Assembly (NCBI GenBank): GCA_963714095.1
Contig: OY970230.1
Span: 268,114-332,113 of the forward strand
From: Candidatus Gottesmanbacteria bacterium
GTDB taxonomy: Bacteria > Patescibacteriota > Microgenomatia > UBA10105 > UBA927
Direction: 5' to 3'
Length of the DNA stretch: 64,000 nt
The first letter of the stretch is position 1, and each line of letters starts with the position of its first letter. Shown in pieces: positions 55,289-64,000 of this stretch. A program made the position numbers and the translations under genes. Below the pieces are notes generated by a model, which made no database searches, had not been told where the DNA came from, and worked only from the letters and a program-made list of their open reading frames with translations.

Positions 55289-56146
55289 TCAGCTTACAAG
55301 AAGTAATCCGATGAAACTTAAAACGGCGCCGATAATTTTCCTCGGCCAATACGCACGCTCCTTCAGGAATATTACAGCCAATAAAACGATAACAACGACG
55401 CTTGTCAGATTTATCGTTGCGACTTGAGAGGAATTCGGCGCTTTCTGTAACGCAACAAAAAACATCAAGGATCCTGCCGCATAAATTATACAGAGGAATA
55501 ATAATTTCCAAAATACCTTTTTGGTAAAAAATATTTTTATATGACCCAATGATTTTGGGAAAAACACCAGCGAAGGAAGTATGGGCAGGAGAAATCCGAT
55601 GAATACATAGGGATACACATGAAGGCTTTTAAGAATAAATCTGTCGTTCGTGTTCTCAAACCCATACCCTATCGCTGCAATCACAGCAAAAATTTCATAC
55701 CTGGTAATAGTAAATCTCTTTATTTTACCTGTGACAATAACGATACCCCCGAAAATACACAATGCGCCGAGCCACTGGGTGGCGTTAAACGATTCCGACA
55801 GAAGAACCGACGAAGCGAGCACCGTAAAAAGAGCACGGCTCGAAAAGAGTATTGTAAACGTTGACGCTTCTATTTTTTTGAGCGCCGTAAATAAAAAAAT
55901 ATTTCCGAATCCGTACAAGAAAGTCATCAGAATTATATTTCCCCATACATTTTGAATCCCAGCCATCGACATATCCTGCGTCAAAAACCCGTATGCGCCG
56001 ATCAATACCCCGGTAAGAGCGGAGAACACAATAAAGAAAGCAATCGGATCACTTTTATCTTCTTTTACAAAAACCCGCTGAAGTAATACTGAGATTGAAT
56101 AGGTAAGGACGCTTAACAAAATAAGGAGCTGCCAGCTCATAATCAC
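55289..56146 (-). CDS. EamA/DMT-family transporter (10 TM)
   Basis: 285 aa with two repeated 5-TM halves typical of EamA-like drug/metabolite exporters. Confidence 0.65.
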   Translation of the reverse strand: MIMSWQLLILLSVLTYSISVLLQRVFVKEDKSDPIAFFIVFSALTGVLIGAYGFLTQDMSMAGIQNVWGNIILMTFLYGFGNIFLFTALKKIEASTFTILFSSRALFTVLASSVLLSESFNATQWLGALCIFGGIVIVTGKIKRFTITRYEIFAVIAAIGYGFENTNDRFILKSLHVYPYVFIGFLLPILPSLVFFPKSLGHIKIFFTKKVFWKLLFLCIIYAAGSLMFFVALQKAPNSSQVATINLTSVVVIVLLAVIFLKERAYWPRKIIGAVLSFIGLLLVS

Positions 56147-56790
56147 TTCTTTGCAGCAATAGCTGCGTTAATAGAGGATTCAAAATCCGCAAGTGTTGCG
56201 GGGTTGTCGAGTTTTACACCGTTAAGAAAAAAAATGGGTGTCGCGTTGATGCCAAGCGCATTCCCGTCCGCAACGTCTTCGGCAACTTTATTTTTCACTG
56301 CATCTGAATCAAGATCTTTTTTAAATTGATCAACATTGATCCCCAACGACTGCGCATATTGGGCAAACATATCGCTGGCACTGGCGGATGCCGACCAGTC
56401 GTTTTGTTTGGCGAACAGAAGATTGTACATTTCCCAATATTTCCCCTGCATGCCGGCTGCTTCCGCAGCATACGCTGCGGGCTGCGCATTCGGGTGCAAA
56501 TCAGTCAGCGGAAAATTACGGTACACAAAATTCATCTTGCCGGTAAAATCTTTAACGACCTGCGTTACCACCGGATAATAGGCGCCGCATGCCGGACACT
56601 GGAAATCAGAAAACTCCACAAGCGTAACACTCGCGGACACGGAAGCGATTTTATTGCTGTCCGCACGGACAAGAAGCGTTGAATCAACTTTGGTGCCGGC
56701 CGCCGGCTTACTCAAAAGGGCTATGCCTATAGCGACAATCACTACCGTCCCGATGATGATACCTAAAAATAATTTTGTTTCCCCTTTCAT
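56143..56790 (-). CDS. membrane-anchored DsbA/BdbD-like thiol:disulfide oxidoreductase
   Basis: The ORF is trimmed to MKGETKLFLGIIIGTVVIVAIGIALL. It has a TM anchor and the active site CPAC (EFSDFQCPACGAYYP). An INATPIFFLNG motif is also present. Confidence 0.7.
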   Translation of the reverse strand: MKGETKLFLGIIIGTVVIVAIGIALLSKPAAGTKVDSTLLVRADSNKIASVSASVTLVEFSDFQCPACGAYYPVVTQVVKDFTGKMNFVYRNFPLTDLHPNAQPAAYAAEAAGMQGKYWEMYNLLFAKQNDWSASASASDMFAQYAQSLGINVDQFKKDLDSDAVKNKVAEDVADGNALGINATPIFFLNGVKLDNPATLADFESSINAAIAAKK

Positions 56791-56888
56791 ATTGCGTAAT
56801 CCACGTATTCTATCACACCACACTGACCGTGACACCCGGCAAGCCATCTTTATGGTATTATTTAATTAGACACGTTCCTGAATTTTTT

Positions 56889-59141
56889 ATGAAGGTTTCT
56901 ATTTTCAACTTCACCGCCCAAAAATGCCGGGAATATTTTTTAGCTTTCGGAAATCTCTGTCGATTTTTGGTTTATTTCTATGCCGTACCCCATCTCTTCC
57001 GGACACTATTTTCTCCGTGGAAACGGGTATATGTCCAGAAGACTGGACCCGGATTTTCCTTTAATGAATTTATTTCGAGGCTGAGTTTTAACCTCATCTC
57101 CGTCACTATCGGATTCATCCTGCGTCTGGCAATTATCAGTATCTATCTCATATCCCAGATAATTATTATCGTATTGGTGTTACCGGCGTTTTTCTTATTT
57201 ATTCTTCTGACCGTCACCGTTTTATATCCCGTCTATCTCATTCGACCGACAGACCAAGACGTGAAACAGAAAATGGAACAGGAATTTCTCAAAGAGCGCC
57301 TCTTAAAACCGGAAAACCGCAGTGCGGTAGAAATGTGGTTTACCCGGTATTATGAAACATATATCCATAAAACCCAGTGGTGGCTTCTGCATGGGCTTTT
57401 CGACCAACCGCCGCTGACGCAAAATTGGAATACCGGTTATACTGTGAATCTCGATAAATATGCGACCGATCTGACCAGGTTATTACCCCACTACCGCAAT
57501 CTGGTCGGCAGGAAAAAAGAAATTGACCAGATCGAACAGATCCTGGCAAAATCGGAAGAAAGCAATGTCGTTTTGGTGGGCGAAGACGGAGTCGGGAAAC
57601 ATACGATTTTGGAAGAAATGGCAAAACGGATGTACCTCGGAAAAACCAGCGGCTACCTGGCATTTAAACGGATGGTAGAAGTGCATCTTGACCAGCTGCT
57701 GTCAGAAAATATCGATACAGACCGCAAAAAAGAAACAGTACGGCAGATTTTTGCCGAGGCTGTTGCCGCGGGCAACATTGTGATGGTCCTCAATAATTTT
57801 GACCAATATGTTGCCGATGCACCGGGACATATAGACCTGACGTCCGTTATCGAACCGTTTGTCAAAACCAACCGGATCCAATGCATCGGTGTTACAACCC
57901 CGTTCCTGTACCAAAAATTCGTCTTCCCCAATACAAAAATCCGCGATATGTTCCAAAAAATTGATGTCTTTGAAATCAGCGAGGACGAAGCCATCACCAT
58001 CATCTGTGACTCCGCGTTCGACTTCGAACAGAAATATCACGTACTCATTCCGTATGAAGTCATCCAGACAATTATCGAGAGAAGCGATTTTTATATCACC
58101 AATATCCCTTTTCCTGAAAAAGCCATTGAACTTCTGGATGAAATCTGCGTCAACCAGGTAACAAAACAGGATTCTCGAAATGTTATACCATTGACACCTG
58201 AAATTGTTGACGAAATACTATCGGCGAAGCTGCATCTCCCGACATCGCTTACGGAAGATGTCCGCGCAAAATTAACACAGCTGGAACCGGCTCTTGCCTC
58301 CCATATTATCGACCAGCCGGAAGCCGTTGCAAAAACTGCGGCGTCGCTTCAAAAATCGTTCGTGCTCATCGGCAAACGCACGAAACCCCTGGCAACACTG
58401 TTATTTCTTGGGCCGACCGGTGTAGGAAAAACCCAGACAGCCAAAGAATTGGCTGGTTTCTTTTTCGGATCGGATAAGTATCTGTACCGCTTTGACATGT
58501 CCGAATTCCAGTCGCCCGACGATATTCCCAAATTGATCGGGTCCCCTGATACGGGACAACCGGGTGAATTAACAGAGGTCATCCGCAATAATCCGTACGG
58601 CGTACTTTTGTTGGACGAATTTGAAAAAGCCGACGGGAAATTTATAAATATCTTCTTAACTGTTTTGGATGAAGGGTATTTTACCGACGGCGCCGGCAAA
58701 CAGGTGGACTGCAAAAACCTCATTATCATCGCCACATCCAATGCGGGCAGCGAACTATTGTATGAACAGAATTCCGATACATCAACAACCGCAAAACCGG
58801 ACGACCGGACACTGATAGACTATATAATCCGGGAAAAAATTTACTCACCGGAACTGTTAAACAGGTTTGACGAAATCGTGATGTTCCGGTCTTTAACCCT
58901 GCCGTCAATCCTTAAAATTGCCCGACAGCAGGTAAACGCTATTTCCCAAAACATTCAGAAATTGCATCATATTCGCCTTGATGTCTCCGATACATATCTA
59001 TCAGACATAATCATCAAATCCTACGACATCCGTTTCGGTGCCAGAGATCTTGAGCGTATACTGCAGGATTCAATCGAAAATCATATCACAAAGTTACTTC
59101 TGGCAAAATCCGTAAAAGACGGAAACACCATTTCTTTGTAA
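56889..59141 (+). CDS. membrane-anchored Clp/Hsp100-like double-AAA+ protein (degenerate D1, canonical D2; no Clp_N domain)
   Basis: The ORF is trimmed to MKVSIFNFTAQ (ATG at 56889). About 120 N-terminal aa contain 2-3 TM helices. The D1-like module has Walker A GEDGVGKHT (T to H) and a Walker B region IVMVLNNFDQ (no DE). The D2 module has Walker A GPTGVGKTQTAKELA, Walker B VLLLDEFEKAD, the sensor NLIIIATSNAGS and a C-terminal ClpB_D2-small-like region. No I/L-G-F ClpP-docking tripeptide was seen. Confidence 0.65.
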   Translation: MKVSIFNFTAQKCREYFLAFGNLCRFLVYFYAVPHLFRTLFSPWKRVYVQKTGPGFSFNEFISRLSFNLISVTIGFILRLAIISIYLISQIIIIVLVLPAFFLFILLTVTVLYPVYLIRPTDQDVKQKMEQEFLKERLLKPENRSAVEMWFTRYYETYIHKTQWWLLHGLFDQPPLTQNWNTGYTVNLDKYATDLTRLLPHYRNLVGRKKEIDQIEQILAKSEESNVVLVGEDGVGKHTILEEMAKRMYLGKTSGYLAFKRMVEVHLDQLLSENIDTDRKKETVRQIFAEAVAAGNIVMVLNNFDQYVADAPGHIDLTSVIEPFVKTNRIQCIGVTTPFLYQKFVFPNTKIRDMFQKIDVFEISEDEAITIICDSAFDFEQKYHVLIPYEVIQTIIERSDFYITNIPFPEKAIELLDEICVNQVTKQDSRNVIPLTPEIVDEILSAKLHLPTSLTEDVRAKLTQLEPALASHIIDQPEAVAKTAASLQKSFVLIGKRTKPLATLLFLGPTGVGKTQTAKELAGFFFGSDKYLYRFDMSEFQSPDDIPKLIGSPDTGQPGELTEVIRNNPYGVLLLDEFEKADGKFINIFLTVLDEGYFTDGAGKQVDCKNLIIIATSNAGSELLYEQNSDTSTTAKPDDRTLIDYIIREKIYSPELLNRFDEIVMFRSLTLPSILKIARQQVNAISQNIQKLHHIRLDVSDTYLSDIIIKSYDIRFGARDLERILQDSIENHITKLLLAKSVKDGNTISL

Positions 59142-59149
59142 GAAAAGAC

Positions 59150-60658
59150 TCAGACGGTGGTATTCTGTATCGCAGCTGATAGCATCACAACAATCCGTTC
59201 AATTTCCGCAGAGGTTTCCGACCCTGCTGAAATCCGCAGGAATGGCCTGACAAATTTTGATCTTTTTCCGACAATGTACATACGGGTTACCGGCAACCCA
59301 AAACTTGTGCCGCCTATAAACGGAATGTTTTCCCGCCGGGCGATAGTCATAGAGGCATCAAATACTTTCCTGTACCATCTGAGCGCTTTCTTTTCATCTC
59401 TATACTGAACCATACAAAATGATCCGTGGAACGGCATATTCTTCGTCCAACGGTATCCGGGATACATGGGCAACCCGGGGTAAACGAGCGTAATGGGAAG
59501 TCTCTGTTTGACTGCAGTTTGTGAAAGTACATTGGCCACATACATTGCGTTTCGTTCTAACCTCGCAAGATATCCGGTAAGTTCCTTGCGATTTGGCTTT
59601 GGAAACGCAACTGACGAAACATCACTTATGTTTACTCCGAGACGGCGCCGGTAATCATAGAGAAATATTCCCCGGAATCCAGTCCCCCATACCACGCCCC
59701 CCGTAACGCGGTCCAACCCGAATTGTGCATATTTATTTAAACTCTCAACCCCGATAATTTCCAGTGACGGCCGAAGTTTCATCAAACCTTTTAACGGATT
59801 ATAGGAAACGGAAAGACCGCTATTATCCAGGATCAGCTTACAGGGTTTTTTATATGAATGTGCAAGATGCGAGATAATGACAGATGTGTCCGGGACCGCG
59901 ACCGTGGGATCATTTCCGAGTGTATCCAGAAATACCGCGCCCGGCTGACGGGTGTTAATTTCGGCAATAATGTGTTTCGTATCGAATTCATTTACTTCTA
60001 CAATTCTCTCGCCGAACATTGACGTAAGCATTTCCTTATTTTCAAAATAGACGCCCTGCCCCATGAGTACCGTACTGTCTTTCGGAATGGTTTCCAGCGC
60101 GTACGAGGCCGCGACTGAATATGCAGCCATACCGCTGGCCGTGACAAATAAGTATCTCGGAATGAAAAAGGGAGTTTGAAAATATTCTTTCTTGAGCGCC
60201 GTTTCAAGCGCCCACTCGTTCATATGCTGATCCCGTTTATAGTCGTTATCATTTGCAACTACGCCCCCTGCCTGCGTACCTGCCTGATTACAGACGCTGG
60301 CACTATACGAGGGAGACTGCCAATGTGTTGCTGTTACCGCCGCGCCAAGTACCCCTACAAGTGACCGCAGCCGGTCAAAACAGCTTCGTTTTCCGTCTAT
60401 AAGCACCCGATCCGCAACTTCACCCGATTGTACGTTCTTTTTAAGCCGACTCATGTCTGATGCAATTTCATCCAGTTGGATATGAAGCGTTTCAACAATC
60501 ATTTTGCAGTTCTTTGCCGTTTCACCAAGGATATCTTTTCTGTGAAGATTCAACTCATCACGATATGTTTCAAGTTTTTCAGCCGCGTCGGAAAACAAAT
60601 ATTCCAGAAGGTTAAAATCGCATATTAGATCTTTTCGCGTTTGCGTATCGACGACCAT
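59150..60658 (-). CDS. PLP-dependent enzyme of the Cys/Met-metabolism (cystathionine lyase/synthase) family with ~150-aa N-terminal extension
   Basis: 502 aa. Motifs in family order: FVTASGMAAYS, LILDNSGLSV, SLNKYAQFGLDRVTGGVV (putative PLP-Lys) and LRISAGSETSAEIERIV. The N-terminal ~150 aa are predicted helical/coiled and are not part of the canonical fold. Confidence 0.55.
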   Translation of the reverse strand: MVVDTQTRKDLICDFNLLEYLFSDAAEKLETYRDELNLHRKDILGETAKNCKMIVETLHIQLDEIASDMSRLKKNVQSGEVADRVLIDGKRSCFDRLRSLVGVLGAAVTATHWQSPSYSASVCNQAGTQAGGVVANDNDYKRDQHMNEWALETALKKEYFQTPFFIPRYLFVTASGMAAYSVAASYALETIPKDSTVLMGQGVYFENKEMLTSMFGERIVEVNEFDTKHIIAEINTRQPGAVFLDTLGNDPTVAVPDTSVIISHLAHSYKKPCKLILDNSGLSVSYNPLKGLMKLRPSLEIIGVESLNKYAQFGLDRVTGGVVWGTGFRGIFLYDYRRRLGVNISDVSSVAFPKPNRKELTGYLARLERNAMYVANVLSQTAVKQRLPITLVYPGLPMYPGYRWTKNMPFHGSFCMVQYRDEKKALRWYRKVFDASMTIARRENIPFIGGTSFGLPVTRMYIVGKRSKFVRPFLRISAGSETSAEIERIVVMLSAAIQNTTV

Positions 60659-60678
60659 ATAGATGATATTATAATGGA

Positions 60679-61539
60679 ATGAAACCTATTGCACTTGTCA
60701 CCTACCGTAACAACCCAAAACTGAATACTAGTGACTCTCTTTTACCGGCTGAATTTGCCAAGCATAACACACAGGTTGTTCCGGCTGCATGGGATGATCC
60801 CTCTGTCAACTGGTCCGCATACTCCCACGTAATTCTTCGATCCTGCTGGAACTACCATACCAATTTTGAATCCTTCCGCGCATGGCTTACCCGACTTCAT
60901 ACGCGTGAAACACAGATTTGGAATCCTTATGAAATCGTCTTATGGAATACACGAAAAAGCTATCTGTTCGATCTTGCAACCAAAGGAGTAGTAATTGTCC
61001 CGAGTGTCCTCATAGGCTCACCAACCTCCGCAACACTAAAAAGAGTTGCGGAAAAAAACGGATGGAACGAGTGCATCATAAAACCCGTAATCGGCGCATC
61101 CGCATTTCATATCATAAAAATCAACGTGAAAGATTTTGAAAGAAGCCAAAGTCTTTCGGACATCCTGCGGTACGGCGACATCATCCTGCAACCGTTTATG
61201 GAAGATGTCGCTAAGGTGGGAGAATATTCATTTGTATTTTTCAATAAACAATACAGTCATGCAGTTATTAAAAAACCCAAATCGCATGAATTCAGGTCGC
61301 AGCCGGAATTTGGGGGAACTGAACGGCCGGTAACCGTTCCAAACGCAATTATTGCGCAGGCCACACATATACTCAATACTGTTCCTTCACCGCTTCTCTA
61401 CGCCCGCGTTGACGGCATTGTACAAAGCGGAATATTTTATCTTATGGAATTGGAACTTACGGAGCCGTATTTATTTTTTGAATATGAACCGTCTGCGCCT
61501 AAAAAATTTGTTGATGCATTTCTTTCGCTAAATACATAG
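60679..61539 (+). CDS. ATP-grasp ligase, glutathione-synthetase/RimK-like
   Basis: 286 aa. An N-terminal pre-ATP-grasp region (VILRSCWNYHTNFESFRAWLTRL) is followed by an ATP-grasp core (CIIKPVIGASAFHIIKI ... YARVDGIVQSGIFYLMELELTEP). Confidence 0.55.
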   Translation: MKPIALVTYRNNPKLNTSDSLLPAEFAKHNTQVVPAAWDDPSVNWSAYSHVILRSCWNYHTNFESFRAWLTRLHTRETQIWNPYEIVLWNTRKSYLFDLATKGVVIVPSVLIGSPTSATLKRVAEKNGWNECIIKPVIGASAFHIIKINVKDFERSQSLSDILRYGDIILQPFMEDVAKVGEYSFVFFNKQYSHAVIKKPKSHEFRSQPEFGGTERPVTVPNAIIAQATHILNTVPSPLLYARVDGIVQSGIFYLMELELTEPYLFFEYEPSAPKKFVDAFLSLNT

Positions 61540-61554
61540 CGCCGACATTATGCA

Positions 61555-64000
61555 TCAACTTGTCTTTGGATAATGACACTTCTTCCATTTCTTCCCGCTC
61601 CCGCACCAACAGGGGTCGTTCCGTCCAAGCTTTTTAGCGGCATTGACGACCGGTTGAGCAATAGCTTGCTCTGACGTATTTGTCCGCATCTTTTCGGCAG
61701 CCAATGTAATCGGCGATTGGGCAATCGGCGTCTGATTCACAGGAACTTGACCGGGTGGGGCTGTTGCTACCTGTACTTTGTAAATCCTGTGCACGATCTC
61801 CCCGTCGATACCAGCCATCAGCTGTTCAAACATATTAAACGCCTCGTTTTTGTACTCAACCAAAGGATCACGCTGCCCGTATCCGCGGAGACCTATTCCC
61901 TCCCGTAAATCATCAACAGCGTCCAGATGCTCCATCCAGAAACTATCTATCACCTGCAGGCTCACCCAACGTTCAATCTGGCGCATGAGCTCGGGAGACA
62001 CCTGCTTTTCCCGCGTTTCATACATATCGCGGGAAATACCTGTCAGGAATCCCGTAATATCCGGCCCGGTATGGAGCTGTTCTAGTTGTTTTAACAGTTG
62101 CTGCCCTGACGCGGGATCAAACGGGATTATGGAAACAAATTCCTGCACGATTTTTTCCCGTTCAACAGATACACCTTTTTCATCCGCGTACATGGCAACG
62201 ACGTTGCCGATTTCTTTGGCAATATTACCCAATATTTCCTCTTTCTGGCTCTCCCCTTCCAATATTTTGCGGCGCTTGCGGTACACGATTTCCCGTTGTT
62301 TATTGAGAACATCGTCATATTCGACCAAATGTTTACGGCTGTCGAAATGAAATCCCTCCACCTTAACCTGTGCCTGCTCTATCGAGCGTGACACCATCGC
62401 GTGTTCCAGCGGCACATCCTCCGGAAGTTTAAATATAGTCATGAGTTTGGCTACCTGATCGCCGCCGAAAAGCCGCATGATATCATCCTCAAGCGAGACA
62501 TAAAACCGGCTGGTTCCCGGATCTCCCTGACGGCCGCTACGACCGCGGAGTTGATTATCAATCCGCCGTGACTCATGCCGCTCGGTACCGATGACATGAA
62601 GGCCACCGGACGAAAGCACTTCGTCATGCGACTTTTGCCAAGCATGCTGTTCATCCGCCCAAGCTTTGACATCCGGTACTTCCCACTTTTCGTGAATAGA
62701 ACCGCCGAGAATAATATCTACGCCGCGTCCGGCCATGTTGGTAGCCACGGTTACCGCTCCCTTTTTACCCGCATCCGCAATAATCGACGCTTCTTTTAAA
62801 TGATTTTTGGCGTTCAGCACCTGGTGGGGCACGCCTTTCCGCTTGAGGAATTCGCTGATGATTTCATTTTTTTCAATGGACGTGGTGCCCACGAGTACCG
62901 GCTGCCCGCGTTTGTGGCATTCGATAATGTCGGCAACGATTGCCGCGTACTTCGCCCGCGGTGTTTTGTACACACTGTCCGCAAAATCTTCGCGGATCAT
63001 CGTTCGGTGTGTGGGTATTACGACAACATCAAGGTTATAGATTTTATGGAATTCTTCCGCCTCCGTCGCGGCAGTTCCGGTCATGCCCGCCAATTTCTGA
63101 TACATACGGAAATAATTCTGAAGTGACACGGTCGCCAGGGTCTTACTTTCCTGCTGAATCGGTACGTTTTCTTTCGCTTCTATCGCCTGATGAATGCCCT
63201 CGGAAAACCGCCGGCCGATGAGGAGACGCCCGGTAAACTCATCAACGATGATGACCTGGTTATCCTTCACAATATAATCTTTCTCCCGCTGGAAGAGCGT
63301 CCGTGCTTTCAATGCTGCTTCGATATGGTGCACGGTCCCGAAATCTTTTTCGTAAATATTGGGGATACCCAGAAGTTTTTCTACTTTCAATATCCCGTGG
63401 TCCGTCAAATGTGCGGTCCGCAGTTTTTCATCGATCACAAAATCCAGATCTCCGTTTAATTTATCCACGATCTTCGCATAATCGTAGTACGCATGGGTTG
63501 CCTCCGTGTCGGGAGCCGAAATGATGTGCGGCGTGCGCGCCTCATCAATGAGAACCGAATCCACCTCATCCACAACGGCATAATGGTAATTGCCGCGCTG
63601 CACAATCTGGGAAATATCCGACACCATGTTATCCCTGAGGTAATCGAATCCGAATTCACTGTTGATGCCGTACGTCACGTCGGCCTCATAGGCCTGTTTT
63701 CTCGTAATAGGCTTAAGGTGCTTAAGTCGTCCGTCGGTGGCTCCCGGATCATCAAACGCCGGATCATACAAAAATGACTGCTCGCTGATCATCGCGGCCG
63801 TTGTCATCCCCAACAAATGAAAAATCGGTCCCATCCAGCCTGCGTCGCGGCGCGCAAGATAGTCATTGACCGTCACAAGGTGTGTTCCCTGACCGGCAAG
63901 TGCATTGAGGTACAGGGCAGGAATTGCGGAAAGGGTTTTTCCCTCCCCCGTTTTTTGCTCTGCCACTTTCCCGTTATGAAGCGTTATTCCAGCCATCAGC
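61555..64000 (-). CDS. secA: preprotein translocase ATPase SecA (partial; N-terminal ~90 residues lie beyond window end)
   Basis: Motifs: TGEGKTLSAIPALYLNALAGQGTHLVTVNDYLARRD, DExD and helicase C motifs. The C-terminal zinc finger is CWCGSGKKWKKCH. The frame continues past position 64000. Confidence 0.9.
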   Translation of the reverse strand, partial: LMAGITLHNGKVAEQKTGEGKTLSAIPALYLNALAGQGTHLVTVNDYLARRDAGWMGPIFHLLGMTTAAMISEQSFLYDPAFDDPGATDGRLKHLKPITRKQAYEADVTYGINSEFGFDYLRDNMVSDISQIVQRGNYHYAVVDEVDSVLIDEARTPHIISAPDTEATHAYYDYAKIVDKLNGDLDFVIDEKLRTAHLTDHGILKVEKLLGIPNIYEKDFGTVHHIEAALKARTLFQREKDYIVKDNQVIIVDEFTGRLLIGRRFSEGIHQAIEAKENVPIQQESKTLATVSLQNYFRMYQKLAGMTGTAATEAEEFHKIYNLDVVVIPTHRTMIREDFADSVYKTPRAKYAAIVADIIECHKRGQPVLVGTTSIEKNEIISEFLKRKGVPHQVLNAKNHLKEASIIADAGKKGAVTVATNMAGRGVDIILGGSIHEKWEVPDVKAWADEQHAWQKSHDEVLSSGGLHVIGTERHESRRIDNQLRGRSGRQGDPGTSRFYVSLEDDIMRLFGGDQVAKLMTIFKLPEDVPLEHAMVSRSIEQAQVKVEGFHFDSRKHLVEYDDVLNKQREIVYRKRRKILEGESQKEEILGNIAKEIGNVVAMYADEKGVSVEREKIVQEFVSIIPFDPASGQQLLKQLEQLHTGPDITGFLTGISRDMYETREKQVSPELMRQIERWVSLQVIDSFWMEHLDAVDDLREGIGLRGYGQRDPLVEYKNEAFNMFEQLMAGIDGEIVHRIYKVQVATAPPGQVPVNQTPIAQSPITLAAEKMRTNTSEQAIAQPVVNAAKKLGRNDPCWCGSGKKWKKCHYPKTS

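Noticed and set aside
57340-58741. Multiple 100-130-aa antisense ORFs inside the AAA+ gene (e.g. 57653..58003, 57702..58040, 58349..58741)
   Set aside because: They are antisense or out of frame to a long ORF with strong Clp-family motifs and have no features of their own. The same applies to the many short antisense ORFs inside the long membrane-protein genes.
1-64000. Alternative genetic code (UGA recoding, as in some CPR lineages)
   Set aside because: Conserved genes (ruvB, ftsE, secA, rfbB, prfB) read through as complete single ORFs ending at ordinary stops, and RF2 is present, which decodes UGA. The standard code is adequate.
1-64000. CRISPR arrays, tRNA/rRNA genes, transposases, integrases or prophage remnants
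   Set aside because: No array-like direct repeats, no cloverleaf-sized conserved non-coding gaps and no recombinase-like ORFs were found. The largest non-coding gaps (56791..56888, 43546..43609, 9319..9380 and 2616..2671) are only 56-98 nt.

Overview
This 64 kb window is very gene-dense: about 58 protein-coding genes, with mostly 0-60 nt between genes, many 4-nt ATGA stop/start overlaps, and two divergent regions of about 100 nt. I found no rRNA, tRNA, CRISPR array, transposase or integrase. Most genes run in a single co-directional minus-strand block from about 51.9 kb down to 14.9 kb. The gene content resembles a reduced-genome, Gram-positive-like or CPR/Patescibacteria-type bacterium; this is inference from minimal TsaB, short Rfb proteins, the abundance of GT-C/YfhO genes and the compact gene spacing.

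The first ~34.4 kb is a single cell-surface glycosylation super-locus. It holds 15 polytopic GT-C-type membrane glycosyltransferase genes, 7 family-2 (GT2) glycosyltransferases (several polyprenol-phosphate-sugar-synthase-like, one fused to a GtrA-type flippase domain), one family-1 (GT1/GT4) glycosyltransferase and one MOP/Wzx-type flippase. The 15 GT-C genes comprise 8 GT39/PMT/ArnT-like genes (one partial at the window edge), 4 long YfhO-family genes, 2 short YfhO-like genes with a YGYGYP motif, and 1 DUF2029/GT87-like gene. A nucleotide-sugar supply module follows directly: a Gmd/Rmd-like dehydratase, a UDP-glucose 6-dehydrogenase and the rfbDBCA genes for dTDP-rhamnose.

Downstream are, in order:
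- a CAP-domain membrane protein
- tsaB-tsaC-tsaE (t6A synthesis; TsaB is minimal)
- a VanZ-like protein
- a lamin-tail-domain surface protein with a Pro/Thr repeat linker
- a PcsB-like secreted protein (coiled coil plus a C39-like papain-fold peptidase domain) immediately next to ftsX-ftsE
- prfB (unshifted), then zur-znuA-znuC-znuB and a YibE/F membrane protein
- ruvC-ruvA-ruvB
- a DsbA-like / EamA / DsbA-like trio
- a membrane-anchored Clp/Hsp100-like double AAA+ ATPase whose first ATPase module is degenerate
- a Cys/Met-family PLP enzyme with a long N-terminal extension, divergent from a GshB/RimK-like ATP-grasp ligase
- the C-terminal ~90% of secA

The most unusual candidates are the PcsB-like/FtsEX module, the membrane-anchored Clp-like ATPase with a dead D1, and the scale of the GT-C array. 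Family calls rest on motifs and architecture read directly from the translations; no database search was possible.
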